A stretch of DNA of 64,000 bases from a bacterium. GTDB lineage: Bacteria; Patescibacteriota; Minisyncoccia; UBA6257; WO2-44-18. Both the position numbers and the translations under genes were made by a program. Below the pieces are notes generated by a model, which searched no databases, was not told the DNA's origin, and saw only the letters and a program-made list of their open reading frames with translations. The stretch is taken from positions 20,404 to 84,403 of the forward strand of contig JAUSKF010000004.1 of assembly GCA_030646995.1 (NCBI GenBank). The letters are read 5' to 3'. Below are positions 55,415-64,000 of the stretch, in pieces (position 1 is the stretch's first letter; each line of letters starts with the position of its first letter).

Positions 55415-56386
55415 ATGAAACCTCGCAATGCCCTGATTGCCGGTACGCTTGCCGTACTTGTTGCTACTTTTTGCTTCGTTTACGTACAGAAAAAGATTGA
55501 AAATACGCGCAAAGATAGCGAACAGGCCAATGTCATACTTACCGAAAGAGTGCTGGAACTTGAAGATGCCCGTGTCGCAACGGAAAAAGAAAAAGCCGAA
55601 ATGAATCTGCAGATTGGTTTTCTTCTTTATGCGCTCGGCGAAAACGTCGGACATCTGACTGACCAAAATACGAATCTGGCGGACCAGAACGATGATCTGC
55701 GCGATGAACTGAACAAGCTCCGCGAAGATTTCGAAAGCTACAAGAACTGCATCGTCAAGATCTATGGCGAAGCCGGCTACCTGACCCATCTGATGGTGGA
55801 TTATAGCAACACAAAAGAACCCACTAAGAAGGCGCGGTCCTGCCTGTCGGGCTCGATCATCCGCTACGAAGGCAACACCTACATCCTGACTGCCGGCCAT
55901 CTGGATATGGCGGGCTACACGGTCTCCAAGATCACGGCGACCTTCAACTTCGGAGTCAGCACCCAGGAAGCGGAGATCGTGGGCTACGATCATAGCTATG
56001 ACGTGATGCTGCTCAAGTTCAAAGACCCGAACTTCAAATATGAAGGCTACACCCCAGGCTTCGCCGATAAGGACAGTCTGAAGGTGGGCCATCGGGTCGT
56101 GGCAATGGGCTCCCCTCTCTGCAAACCTTTCGTGCTGTCGGTGGGGTGTATCGGTAAAATTTACCGGGATTCCCCGGCCACTCGGGACCTGCTGATGCAT
56201 AATGCCCTAATCAACCCCGGCAACTCCGGCGGACCGCTACTCAACGAAGATGGCCAAATCGTCGGCATCAACACGATGGTCACCGGCGACCCCGTCAATA
56301 ACTTCGTTTCGGCAATGGGGATCGCGGTATCCGTAAGAAGCATTCTGGAAGTCATGCCCGAACTGATCAGAGGACAAAAAAATTAA
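55415..56386 (+). CDS. Membrane-anchored trypsin-like serine protease (S1C/HtrA-like catalytic domain, no PDZ) with N-terminal coiled coil
   Basis: LTAGHL (His), catalytic GNSGGPL; N-terminal TM + coiled coil; GC-rich; antisense ORF 55382..56200 is a shadow. Confidence 0.7.
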   Translation: MKPRNALIAGTLAVLVATFCFVYVQKKIENTRKDSEQANVILTERVLELEDARVATEKEKAEMNLQIGFLLYALGENVGHLTDQNTNLADQNDDLRDELNKLREDFESYKNCIVKIYGEAGYLTHLMVDYSNTKEPTKKARSCLSGSIIRYEGNTYILTAGHLDMAGYTVSKITATFNFGVSTQEAEIVGYDHSYDVMLLKFKDPNFKYEGYTPGFADKDSLKVGHRVVAMGSPLCKPFVLSVGCIGKIYRDSPATRDLLMHNALINPGNSGGPLLNEDGQIVGINTMVTGDPVNNFVSAMGIAVSVRSILEVMPELIRGQKN

Positions 56387-56454
56387 TAAAAATCCCCGCG
56401 CGAAACCTGCCTACCAGCAGGCAGGCGCGGGGCTTTTATTTTAAGAAAATTTTA

Positions 56455-59400
56455 TTGATAAAAACCGGTGCGCCGAGTAAAATTAGTCCAACGAACTCAA
56501 TGCCTAAATTTACTCACTTACATACCCACTCCCATTACTCTCTTCTTGATGGCCTCGCTAAAATTGACCAGCTAGTAGACCGCGCCAAGGAGTTAGGAAT
56601 GGATTCGCTAGCCCTAACCGACCACGGCAATCTTTACGGCGCCATCGAATTTTATAAAGTCGCCAAAGCCGCAGGCATCAAACCGATTATCGGCGTGGAG
56701 GCCTACATCATGCCGGAAAAAGAAAACGCCACGGAAAGATATTTCCATATGATTTTGCTCTGCCAGAACGAAACCGGCTGGAAGAATCTTTTAAAACTGA
56801 TTACTCACGCCAACTTCGAAGGCTTCTATTATAAGCCGCGTATCAACAAAGATTTTTTACGAAAACACAGCGAAGGGCTGATTGCACTCTCCGCTTGCCT
56901 GTCTGGTGAAGTCGGGCGAAATATTTTGAATAACCAAAATGCGGAGGCAGAAAGGGTGGCGCTGGATTATGAAAGTATTTTCGGCAAAGGAAAATTCTTT
57001 CTTGAAACCGGCTATCACCCCGGCATTAAAGAAACCATCAAAGTTCACAAGGGCGTAGTTGAGCTATCTAAAAAAACCGGCATTCCTCTGATCGCGACTC
57101 ACGATGTTCATTATTTAAAAGCTGAAGATGCGAAATATCACGACATTTTGTTGGCGGTTCAGACCGGCAACAAACTTGACGACCCTGATCGCCTCTCGCT
57201 GAAAGACGACGACTTCTCAATGAAGTCTCCTGACGAAATGGCGGAAATGTTCAAAGATTTGCCGGAGGCTATCAGCAATACGCAGGTGGTTGCAGACCAA
57301 TGCAATCTGGAAATCGAATTAAATAAAATCCGATTGCCGAAATTTGAAGTTCCGGAAGGCGAAACACCCAATACTCACATGCGAAAGTTGGTAGCCGAGC
57401 GGCTGGCTTACCGCTACCCGAATCCAACACAAGAAGTAAAAGACCGCATAGAATTTGAAATGAGCGTGGTGGAGAAGATGGGTTTTGCCGATTATTTCTT
57501 GATTGTGCAGGATTTTGTGAATTGGGCGAAAGACCGAGGGGTAGTCGTAGGGCCGGGCCGTGGTTCCGCCGCCGGTAGCATTCTCTCCTATATACTGCGC
57601 ATTACCGATATTGACCCGATTAAATACGACCTCCTTTTTGAACGCTTCTTGAACCCAGACCGTATCCAGATGCCTGATATCGACATAGATATCACCGACA
57701 AACGCCGCGACGAGGTGTTCGGATATCTGCGCGAAAAATACGGCGAAGATCACGTCGCCCACATTATTACCTTCGGAACGATGGCAGCGCGCGCCGCAGT
57801 CCGTGACGTAGGTCGCGCGATGGGCATCAGTTATGGATTTTGCGACCAACTCGCCAAGCTAATCCCCTTCAACCAAGACCTCGAAGAGGCGATGGAGAAT
57901 GAAGACTTGAAAAAACTTTACGACACCCAACCCGACGCCAAAAAGATTCTTGATGCCGCGCGGAAAATGGAAGGCGTTGCCCGTCATGCTTCGGTGCACG
58001 CCTGCGGCACAGTTATTTCCGGCGCCCCGCTGACGGATTATATGCCGCTCCAAAAAGCTCCGCAGGATCCGGATGTGACCGTCACTCAATTTGAAATGCA
58101 CAGCGTTGAAGACCTTGGCCTTTTAAAAATGGACTTACTGGGATTAAAAAACCTGACCATCATCGAAGACGCCGTCCGCCTGATTAATGAAACCTATCCC
58201 GATAAAGTTGATATCAACAAACTTCCGGAAAATGACCCGAAGGCTTTCAAGCTTTTCCAAGCTGGCGACACCACCGGCGTCTTCCAGTTGGAATCTTCAG
58301 GAATGAAGCGCTACCTCAAAGAATTAAAACCGACCGAGCTAGAAGACATCATCGCCATGGTTTCTCTATATCGCCCGGGTCCGATGGAACTTATCCCAAG
58401 CTACATTGCCCGCAAGCATGGCTTGGAAAAAGTCGTCTACCTCCATCAGAAGCTGGAGCCAATCATGAGAAAGACTTACGGCGTGGGCGTTTATCAGGAG
58501 CAAATGATGAGAATCGCGCGTGATTTGGCCGGCTTTACTCTTGCTGAAGCCGACGGACTTCGAAAAGCTATCGGCAAAAAAATCAAAGCTCTGTTGGATC
58601 AGCAGAAGGGCAAGTTAATAAACGGGATGATTGCGAATGGAATTGATAAAAAAATCGCCGAGGAAATCTGGGAATTGTTCCCGCCATTCGCCCGCTACGG
58701 CTTCAACCGCTCACACGCCGCCTGCTACGCCACCATCGCCTACCAAACCGCCTACCTGAAAGCTCATTATCCCGTGGAGTTTATGGCCAGCCTGCTCAAT
58801 TCCGAATCCGGAGATGTAGATCGTATCGCCGAGCTGATGTCGGAGTGCAAGAAAATGAGCATCGCCGTTTTGCCGCCGGATATAAACAAAAGCTCGGCGG
58901 ATTTCACTGCCGATAACGGCAATATCCGCTTCGGATTGGCGGCGATTAAAAACGTGGGCGAAAATATCGTACAGGTAATTATTGAGGAGCGTCAGCGTGG
59001 AGGTGAATTTAAAAAACTTTCCGAGATGATTTACCGTGTGCTTCACCGCGATTTGAACAAAAAATCAATGGAAAGCTTGGCGAAATGCGGCGCCTTTGAC
59101 TCCTTCGGCTTAGAACGCAATGCCATTCTTACGAATATGGAAGAGATTTTGAAGTTCAGCCAAGGCATCAGGAAAAATAAAGAAAGTTCTCAAGTTGGCC
59201 TCTTCGCCAATCCATTCGCCAACCTTTCTATTAAATTCCAGCCGGCCACTCCTGCTACCTCGCACGAGAAGCTGACTTGGGAGCGCGAATTGCTGGGTCT
59301 TTATGTGTCGGACCATCCGTTGAACGTGCACCGCGAAAAAATTGCCGCCAAGGGCGCTAAGCCTATCAAACAGGTAAAGCTAATGACCTCCGGCGTCGTG

Positions 59401-59634
59401 AATATTGCCGGCCTCATCTCCACGGCGAAAAAAATTATGACTAAAAATGGGAAGCCGATGATGTTTGTGAAAGTGGATGGCTTAGATGATTCGGTGGAAG
59501 TGGTGGTCTTCCCCGATATAATGGCAAAATACGCCAATCTTTGGGTGGAAAATAAGATTGTGCTAGTCTCCGGCAAAGTCTCCCCCCGCGACGGTGAATG
59601 TAAGATCATTTGTGATTGGGTGCAGGAACTATAA
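56455..59634 (+). CDS. dnaE: DNA polymerase III alpha subunit (compact form)
   Basis: PHP domain HLHTHSHYSLLDG, Pol III alpha palm/fingers motifs, C-terminal OB; probable true start at MPKFTHLH (~56500). Confidence 0.9.
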   Translation: MIKTGAPSKISPTNSMPKFTHLHTHSHYSLLDGLAKIDQLVDRAKELGMDSLALTDHGNLYGAIEFYKVAKAAGIKPIIGVEAYIMPEKENATERYFHMILLCQNETGWKNLLKLITHANFEGFYYKPRINKDFLRKHSEGLIALSACLSGEVGRNILNNQNAEAERVALDYESIFGKGKFFLETGYHPGIKETIKVHKGVVELSKKTGIPLIATHDVHYLKAEDAKYHDILLAVQTGNKLDDPDRLSLKDDDFSMKSPDEMAEMFKDLPEAISNTQVVADQCNLEIELNKIRLPKFEVPEGETPNTHMRKLVAERLAYRYPNPTQEVKDRIEFEMSVVEKMGFADYFLIVQDFVNWAKDRGVVVGPGRGSAAGSILSYILRITDIDPIKYDLLFERFLNPDRIQMPDIDIDITDKRRDEVFGYLREKYGEDHVAHIITFGTMAARAAVRDVGRAMGISYGFCDQLAKLIPFNQDLEEAMENEDLKKLYDTQPDAKKILDAARKMEGVARHASVHACGTVISGAPLTDYMPLQKAPQDPDVTVTQFEMHSVEDLGLLKMDLLGLKNLTIIEDAVRLINETYPDKVDINKLPENDPKAFKLFQAGDTTGVFQLESSGMKRYLKELKPTELEDIIAMVSLYRPGPMELIPSYIARKHGLEKVVYLHQKLEPIMRKTYGVGVYQEQMMRIARDLAGFTLAEADGLRKAIGKKIKALLDQQKGKLINGMIANGIDKKIAEEIWELFPPFARYGFNRSHAACYATIAYQTAYLKAHYPVEFMASLLNSESGDVDRIAELMSECKKMSIAVLPPDINKSSADFTADNGNIRFGLAAIKNVGENIVQVIIEERQRGGEFKKLSEMIYRVLHRDLNKKSMESLAKCGAFDSFGLERNAILTNMEEILKFSQGIRKNKESSQVGLFANPFANLSIKFQPATPATSHEKLTWERELLGLYVSDHPLNVHREKIAAKGAKPIKQVKLMTSGVVNIAGLISTAKKIMTKNGKPMMFVKVDGLDDSVEVVVFPDIMAKYANLWVENKIVLVSGKVSPRDGECKIICDWVQEL

Positions 59635-59639
59635 ATAAA

Positions 59640-59672
59640 AAAACGCCGCCCAGATAGGGCGGCGGATCTACT
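59640..59672. terminator. Bidirectional intrinsic terminator
   Basis: AAAAAACGCCGCCCAGATAGGGCGGCG. Confidence 0.7.
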
Positions 59673-60381
59673 AATAAAAAGAGTCCCAGCTAGCGGCGTA
59701 CTTGATGGCGAACTTCTTCTGAGCCTCGGTCCAAGGAATTACTTCCGGTGTTCCTTTGAACGGGCCAGAGGCTTTCTGAAAGGCGGCCTGATAAAGATTC
59801 CAGTTGTCGCTATCTTTGACGAACTCGCCACACTGCCTAACAAGCTTAATCCTTTTCTTCTCAAGAAGATCACGCTGGATCCGACTCATCACTTCCTCAG
59901 CGTAAAGAGGAGTCTGACAGATTTGAATGACGAGATGACCGTCGTCACGCAAAATACGCAAGGCCTCCTTGATCATCGCCCACTTAGCCCCTTCGGTGAT
60001 ACAGGTTTCATCCGGATAAGGCTCTGAAACTGGCGTAGTGCCTGGGATCGGAGCCGAAAGTATATCCGAAAGAAGCACAACATCTGCAGAGCCAGTTGCG
60101 ATCCTAAGGCTTCTCGCATCTCCGGCTTTAAAAGAAATCTTAGATGTGTCAAACCATGACCACTTTTTCTCCTTGATGGATTTCTTACAAGAAGCAATCG
60201 ACTCTTTATGCCGATCAATCCCGATATATCGATCCCCTTCCTTGATTGCCAAAAAATCCCTTGAAAGCGGCGTTGAGTAAATCAAACGCTCCTTAGATCT
60301 TGCCTCCTGTTCAATATCAACAAAAACCGGCCTCGCGCCACAACCGATATCGACGACCAGCCGACCTTTCGTTTCAGGCAT
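59671..60381 (-). CDS. Putative SAM-dependent methyltransferase
   Basis: VVDIGCGARP Gly-rich motif I; otherwise unassigned. Confidence 0.4.
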   Translation of the reverse strand: MPETKGRLVVDIGCGARPVFVDIEQEARSKERLIYSTPLSRDFLAIKEGDRYIGIDRHKESIASCKKSIKEKKWSWFDTSKISFKAGDARSLRIATGSADVVLLSDILSAPIPGTTPVSEPYPDETCITEGAKWAMIKEALRILRDDGHLVIQICQTPLYAEEVMSRIQRDLLEKKRIKLVRQCGEFVKDSDNWNLYQAAFQKASGPFKGTPEVIPWTEAQKKFAIKYAASWDSFY

Positions 60382-60472
60382 ACGATATTCCTTTTTAAGA
60401 GGATTGAGATGTTAAGCTTCTGCTTGATATATTACAAGATTATTAGATTAAAGTCAAGCTCAATGGACTTGA

Positions 60473-62248
60473 TTGTATTTTATGAGTAAAATTGTATCTA
60501 TGGCTTCCGAAACTAATCTAGAAAATATTCGCCACTCGCTCGCCCATTTGTTAGCGGCGGCGGTTTTAAAAAAATATCCGAAAGTAAAACTCGGTATTGG
60601 CCCCGTCATTGAGAACGGGTTTTATTATGATTTTGACCTGCCCGAAGCGCTGACTCCCGAAGACCTGCAAGATTTCACAAAAGAAATGCGGAAAATGATT
60701 AACGCCAAACTCCCCTTCTCGGGCGAGGAAGTTACAGCCGCGGCCGCCACCAAGCGGATGAAGGGCCAGAAATATAAGCTGGAATTAATCAAAGATTTTT
60801 CCAAAGAAGATCAGAAGCTTTCTATATATAAAACCGGCGATGTCTTTGAAGACCTTTGCCGCGGAGGCCATGTGGCCGACACTTCGGAAATAAATGCCGA
60901 AGGTTTTAAGTTGGATTCCATCGCCGGAGCTTATTGGAAAGGCAGCGAGAAAAATGCCCAGCTTCAACGTATCTATGGATTGGCCTTCGCCAACAAAAAC
61001 GAACTGGAAGCCTTCTTAAAAATGCGCGAAGAGGCCCAGAAGCGGGACCACCGCAAACTCGGCAAAGAGCTAGAACTTTTTGAGATCATTGATGAAGTCG
61101 GCCCAGGATTGCCGTTGTTCCATCCGAAAGGCGCGATCTTGCGCCGCGTCGTAGAAAACTACATCACCGAACTTCAGGAAAGCCGAGGCTACCAACCGAT
61201 CTGGATCCCCCACATTACCAAAGGCGAGCTCTACAAGATCTCCGGCCATTTGGATAAATACGACGCGATGTACCCGCCAATGAAGCTCAAAGACGAGGCG
61301 GATTACTACATCAAACCGATGAACTGCCCGCACTTTATGATGCTTTATAAAGCTCAACAGCATTCATATAAAGAGCTACCAGTGCGCTGGACCTGCACCA
61401 CCACCAACTATCGCCACGAAAAATCCGGCGAGCTTTCCGGCTTAACTCGCGTGCGCTCACTCACCCAAGACGATTGCCACGTGTTTGCCCGACCGGATCA
61501 GATAGAACCAGAAATTAATCTGATGCTGGATATGATAGAAGAGGTTTATAAAAAATTCGGCTTCAACGATTTCTGGGTCCGCATCTCCACGCGCGATCCG
61601 AATCCGCCAGCTGGCGGATCGAAAGATAAATATATCGGCGATGAGAAGGTCTGGCAGGAATCCGAAGAAGCTCTGGCTCGGCTCATCCAAAAGCGCGGCT
61701 GGAAGCATGAGATCGGCGTGGGCGAGGCCGCCTTCTATGGTCCAAAGTTGGATTTCATTTTCAAAGACGTGATTGGCCGCGATTGGCAGCTTTCCACAAT
61801 TCAATTAGATATGAACCTGCCGAAAAGATTTGATTTGGAATACACCGACACCGATGGCACCAAAAAAGCTCCAGTGGTCATTCATCGCGCAATCTTAGGC
61901 TCTACCGAGCGCTTCTTGGGAATACTCATTGAGCACTATGGCGGCGCCTTCCCTGCTTGGCTCGCTCCTGTGCAGGTAAAAATCGTGCCGATTTCAGAAA
62001 AGCATCTGGCCTATGCGGAAAAAATCAAAAAGGAATTGGTTGGCTATCGCGTAGAAATTGCTTCCGAAAACGACACGCTTGGGAAAAAAATCCGCAACGC
62101 TGAAAAGGAAAAAGTGCCGTTCTTGGCGGTGGTTGGAGATAAAGAAATGGAAAGCGGCATGGTTAGCCTGCGCGAACACGGCGGCAAAGACCACGGCTCG
62201 ATAAGTGTAGAAAAACTGAAAGAAATGCTCCGGAGTAATCGCGAATAA
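60473..62248 (+). CDS. thrS: Threonine--tRNA ligase (lacking N-terminal TGS domain)
   Basis: Class II aaRS motifs, second additional domain (HxxxH…CGGxH), anticodon-binding domain; contains in-frame CCGCCAGCTGGCGG (NPPAGG). Confidence 0.9.
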   Translation: MYFMSKIVSMASETNLENIRHSLAHLLAAAVLKKYPKVKLGIGPVIENGFYYDFDLPEALTPEDLQDFTKEMRKMINAKLPFSGEEVTAAAATKRMKGQKYKLELIKDFSKEDQKLSIYKTGDVFEDLCRGGHVADTSEINAEGFKLDSIAGAYWKGSEKNAQLQRIYGLAFANKNELEAFLKMREEAQKRDHRKLGKELELFEIIDEVGPGLPLFHPKGAILRRVVENYITELQESRGYQPIWIPHITKGELYKISGHLDKYDAMYPPMKLKDEADYYIKPMNCPHFMMLYKAQQHSYKELPVRWTCTTTNYRHEKSGELSGLTRVRSLTQDDCHVFARPDQIEPEINLMLDMIEEVYKKFGFNDFWVRISTRDPNPPAGGSKDKYIGDEKVWQESEEALARLIQKRGWKHEIGVGEAAFYGPKLDFIFKDVIGRDWQLSTIQLDMNLPKRFDLEYTDTDGTKKAPVVIHRAILGSTERFLGILIEHYGGAFPAWLAPVQVKIVPISEKHLAYAEKIKKELVGYRVEIASENDTLGKKIRNAEKEKVPFLAVVGDKEMESGMVSLREHGGKDHGSISVEKLKEMLRSNRE

Positions 62249-62283
62249 TGCGAATTAAAGAGGTAATATTGCGAATAATAAAC
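62233..62283 (+). repeat. 47-bp TGCGAAT-triplet motif, copy 3 (overlaps thrS last four codons)
   Basis: AGTAATCGCGAATAATGCGAATTAAAGAGGTAATATTGCGAATAATAAAC. Confidence 0.6.
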
Positions 62284-62289
62284 TCTTAA

Positions 62290-62325
62290 GAAAAAGCCCC
62301 CCGTTAACCCGGGGGTCTTTTGAAT
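62290..62325. terminator. Bidirectional intrinsic terminator
   Basis: AAAAAGCCCCCCGTTAACCCGGGGGTCTTTTG. Confidence 0.7.
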
Positions 62326-62747
62326 GCCTGCGCCATTATGCCGTCTTTATTGTGAATTGCCAGAGTAATTTCTTTAAAGGGCGCGACCTTTTCTCTAGAA
62401 TTCATCTCCAACTCATCACCTTTTTCCATTAGGAACCAGCGCCCGCCCAAACACACCGCCTGTTGCCCTCCACTCGATTCCAGCTCACTGAAGAAGCCCC
62501 AATTCTGCATCGCAAGCTCCTTTCCGAAAACCTTGAAAGCATGACAGACGACCATATTGTCATCATTAAGCTTTCCCTGCGAGTCATCCAAAAAATATAC
62601 ATCAGTATGACCAATCCAGTATTTATCTTTGGTTCTCGTAGAAAATAAGCTTGAGTCCAGTCCGGACCCCCGGATTGAAAGATAAAAATTATCCACGAAA
62701 ACCCATTTCCGATCGGGGTTGCCGATCGGAGAAACGATTTCTCTCAT
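62304..62747 (-). CDS. Hypothetical protein
   Basis: 147 aa ORF, no recognisable motif. Confidence 0.4.
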   Translation of the reverse strand: MREIVSPIGNPDRKWVFVDNFYLSIRGSGLDSSLFSTRTKDKYWIGHTDVYFLDDSQGKLNDDNMVVCHAFKVFGKELAMQNWGFFSELESSGGQQAVCLGGRWFLMEKGDELEMNSREKVAPFKEITLAIHNKDGIMAQAFKRPPG

Positions 62748-62790
62748 CGGTGGTCCCCTAAATGTTCTACGCCAATTTTAACACAAAAAA

Positions 62791-64000
62791 TTACTTTTTT
62801 AAGGTCTCCTCGAAAATCTTCCGCAACACCTCCGGATTACCCGAACCCTTCAAAGCGCCCATTGCCCGGCCAACTAAAAATTGCACCGCCGCCATTTTTC
62901 CTTTGCGATAATCCTCGATTGCCTTCGGATTCTCGGCGATAATTTTATCCACAATCGGTTGTAGAGCTCCTTCATCAGAAACCTGCGCCAACCCTTCCTT
63001 TTTCATAATCTCCCTCGGGTCTAATCCTGTTTCCATCATTTTTACCAAGATATCCTTAGCGCCACGGCTGGAAATTTCCTTTTTACTGATTAACACAATC
63101 AAATCAGCGAAGTTTTCCGCGTCAATCTTCAATTCCGAGAAAGTCAGCCCTTTATCCATAATCAAACCCCAAAGATCGCTGGTCAGATAATTAAAGGCCA
63201 ATTTTATTTTTTCCAGTGCTCCCGATTCATCTTCCTCGCGGATTTCCGAAACCGTTTCTTCAAAAAATTGCGCCGCTTCACGATTTTGAATCAAAGCCTC
63301 CGCCTGCTCCGGCAGGAGACCATATTCTTTTGTGAAGCGCAGACGCTTGGCGTGCGGCAATTCAGGAACTTCCAACTTCAATTTTTTCAAATCAAAACCG
63401 GCCAAGTCCAACGGCGGTAGATCAGGCTCCGGGAAATATCGATAATCGTGCGCCTCTTCTTTCAAGCGCTGGGAGAAGGTGGAATTTTTTGCATCATCCC
63501 AACCCCTCGTCTCCTGCACCACTTTTCCTCCGGACTTTATAAGTTCTTCCTGCCTCTTTAGTTCGTAATTAATCGCGCCAAAAACCGCCCTAAAAGAATT
63601 GATGTTTTTCACCTCAACTTTAGTCCCCATATTCAAGCTAATATTGGCCTCCACGCGCATCTGACCCTTTTCCATATCCGCATCCGAAATGCCCAAATAA
63701 CGCAAAATTAGCTGTAATTCCTTGCCAAACTGCACCGCCTGCTCGGCGCTGGTGATATCCGGCTCGGTTACCAATTCCATCAATGGGACGCTGGAACGGT
63801 TATAGTCCACATAAGAAGATTTACCGTCTTCAGAGTGAGCTAATCGGCCAGTGTCTTCTTCAAGGTGAATACGACGCAAGCGGACTCCCAATAATGAACC
63901 ACCGAATACAAACGGCAGGTCGTATTGAGAAAGTTGATAAGCTTTGGGCAGGTCAGGGTAAAAATAATTTTTCCGGTCGAATTTAGAAAACTGCGGAATA
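62791..64000 (-). CDS. gatB: Asp/Glu-tRNA(Asn/Gln) amidotransferase subunit B, 5'-partial (continues beyond window end)
   Basis: GatB catalytic and YqeY-like tail domains; frame stays open to position 64000 (…GVRLRRIHLEED). Confidence 0.85.
   Translation of the reverse strand, partial: IPQFSKFDRKNYFYPDLPKAYQLSQYDLPFVFGGSLLGVRLRRIHLEEDTGRLAHSEDGKSSYVDYNRSSVPLMELVTEPDITSAEQAVQFGKELQLILRYLGISDADMEKGQMRVEANISLNMGTKVEVKNINSFRAVFGAINYELKRQEELIKSGGKVVQETRGWDDAKNSTFSQRLKEEAHDYRYFPEPDLPPLDLAGFDLKKLKLEVPELPHAKRLRFTKEYGLLPEQAEALIQNREAAQFFEETVSEIREEDESGALEKIKLAFNYLTSDLWGLIMDKGLTFSELKIDAENFADLIVLISKKEISSRGAKDILVKMMETGLDPREIMKKEGLAQVSDEGALQPIVDKIIAENPKAIEDYRKGKMAAVQFLVGRAMGALKGSGNPEVLRKIFEETLKK

Noticed and set aside
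55382-56200. 272-aa minus-strand ORF
   Set aside because: Antisense shadow of the GC-rich protease gene 55415..56386. It is low-complexity His/Ala/Gly-rich, and the plus-strand gene has clear catalytic motifs.
1-64000. CRISPR arrays, rRNA genes, integrase/transposase genes
   Set aside because: No regularly spaced direct-repeat/spacer structure, no rRNA-like conserved blocks, and no recognisable recombinase ORFs were seen. The repeat families found are short hairpin elements, not IS elements.

Overview
The window looks like a chromosomal segment of a small, reduced bacterial genome. The gene content (DUF5671 and other small membrane proteins, compact DnaE and DnaX, a partial dcw cluster, mixed AT-rich and GC-rich patches) suggests a CPR/Patescibacteria-like organism. 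This placement is inferred, not demonstrated.

Most of the window is housekeeping:
- Cell envelope and division: mraZ-rsmH-ftsL-ftsI-murF, mraY, dacA-like.
- Ribosome and translation: rplJ-rplL, rpsP-KH-trmD, rpmF, thrS, gatB, obgE, an ABC-F ATPase.
- Replication and chromosome maintenance: dnaE, dnaX, smc, scpAB, ftsH, rnc, nusB.
- Repair and nucleotide hygiene: nfo, rdgB, rsmE.
- A ZnuBC-like ABC transporter.
- A GT2/GT39/DUF2079 glycosylation trio.
- Two tRNAs: Gln-TTG and Val-CAC.

The standout is a complete diversity-generating retroelement (DGR) at about 33.9-38.4 kb:
- a DGR-type reverse transcriptase (minus strand);
- a divergently transcribed Avd-like four-helix-bundle gene;
- a ~135-bp template repeat (TR);
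- a matching variable repeat (VR) at the 3' end of a coiled-coil target gene. VR differs from TR at 25 positions, and 24 of the 25 sit at TR adenines on the coding strand, the DGR signature.
- Both TR and VR are followed by GC-rich hairpins.
- A paralogous second target gene carries a near-identical sigma70-like promoter (TTGACA/TATATT vs TTGACA/TACATT), but its C-terminus no longer matches the TR.
- A NYN ribonuclease gene and a hicBA toxin-antitoxin pair are embedded in the locus.
- Homopolymeric C10 and G8 tracts sit in the locus promoter regions.

The window also contains several families of structured repeats not explained by coding features:
- a ~125-bp element in three copies (13.5 kb, 34.0 kb, 48.6 kb) with compensatory hairpin changes; one copy runs into the 3' end of the RT ORF;
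- a related ~125-bp element forming inverted repeats around a GC-rich secreted-protein gene;
- a ~90-bp double-hairpin element in two inverted copies 48 kb apart;
- a duplicated ~250-nt element with a terminal closing helix, upstream of a LOG-family gene and of dnaX. All five substitutions between the copies in the conserved 3' block are non-synonymous in the ORF frame, which argues it is not protein-coding;
- a 47-bp TGCGAAT-triplet motif at three gene boundaries;
- a 14-bp perfect palindrome CCGCCAGCTGGCGG present intergenically and in-frame inside coding sequences (encoding PPAGG);
- 7-bp-periodic TAGTNNC tandem repeats in intergenic spacers.

All coordinates for features not on the ORF track are approximate (within a few bp). 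No CRISPR array or rRNA was found.
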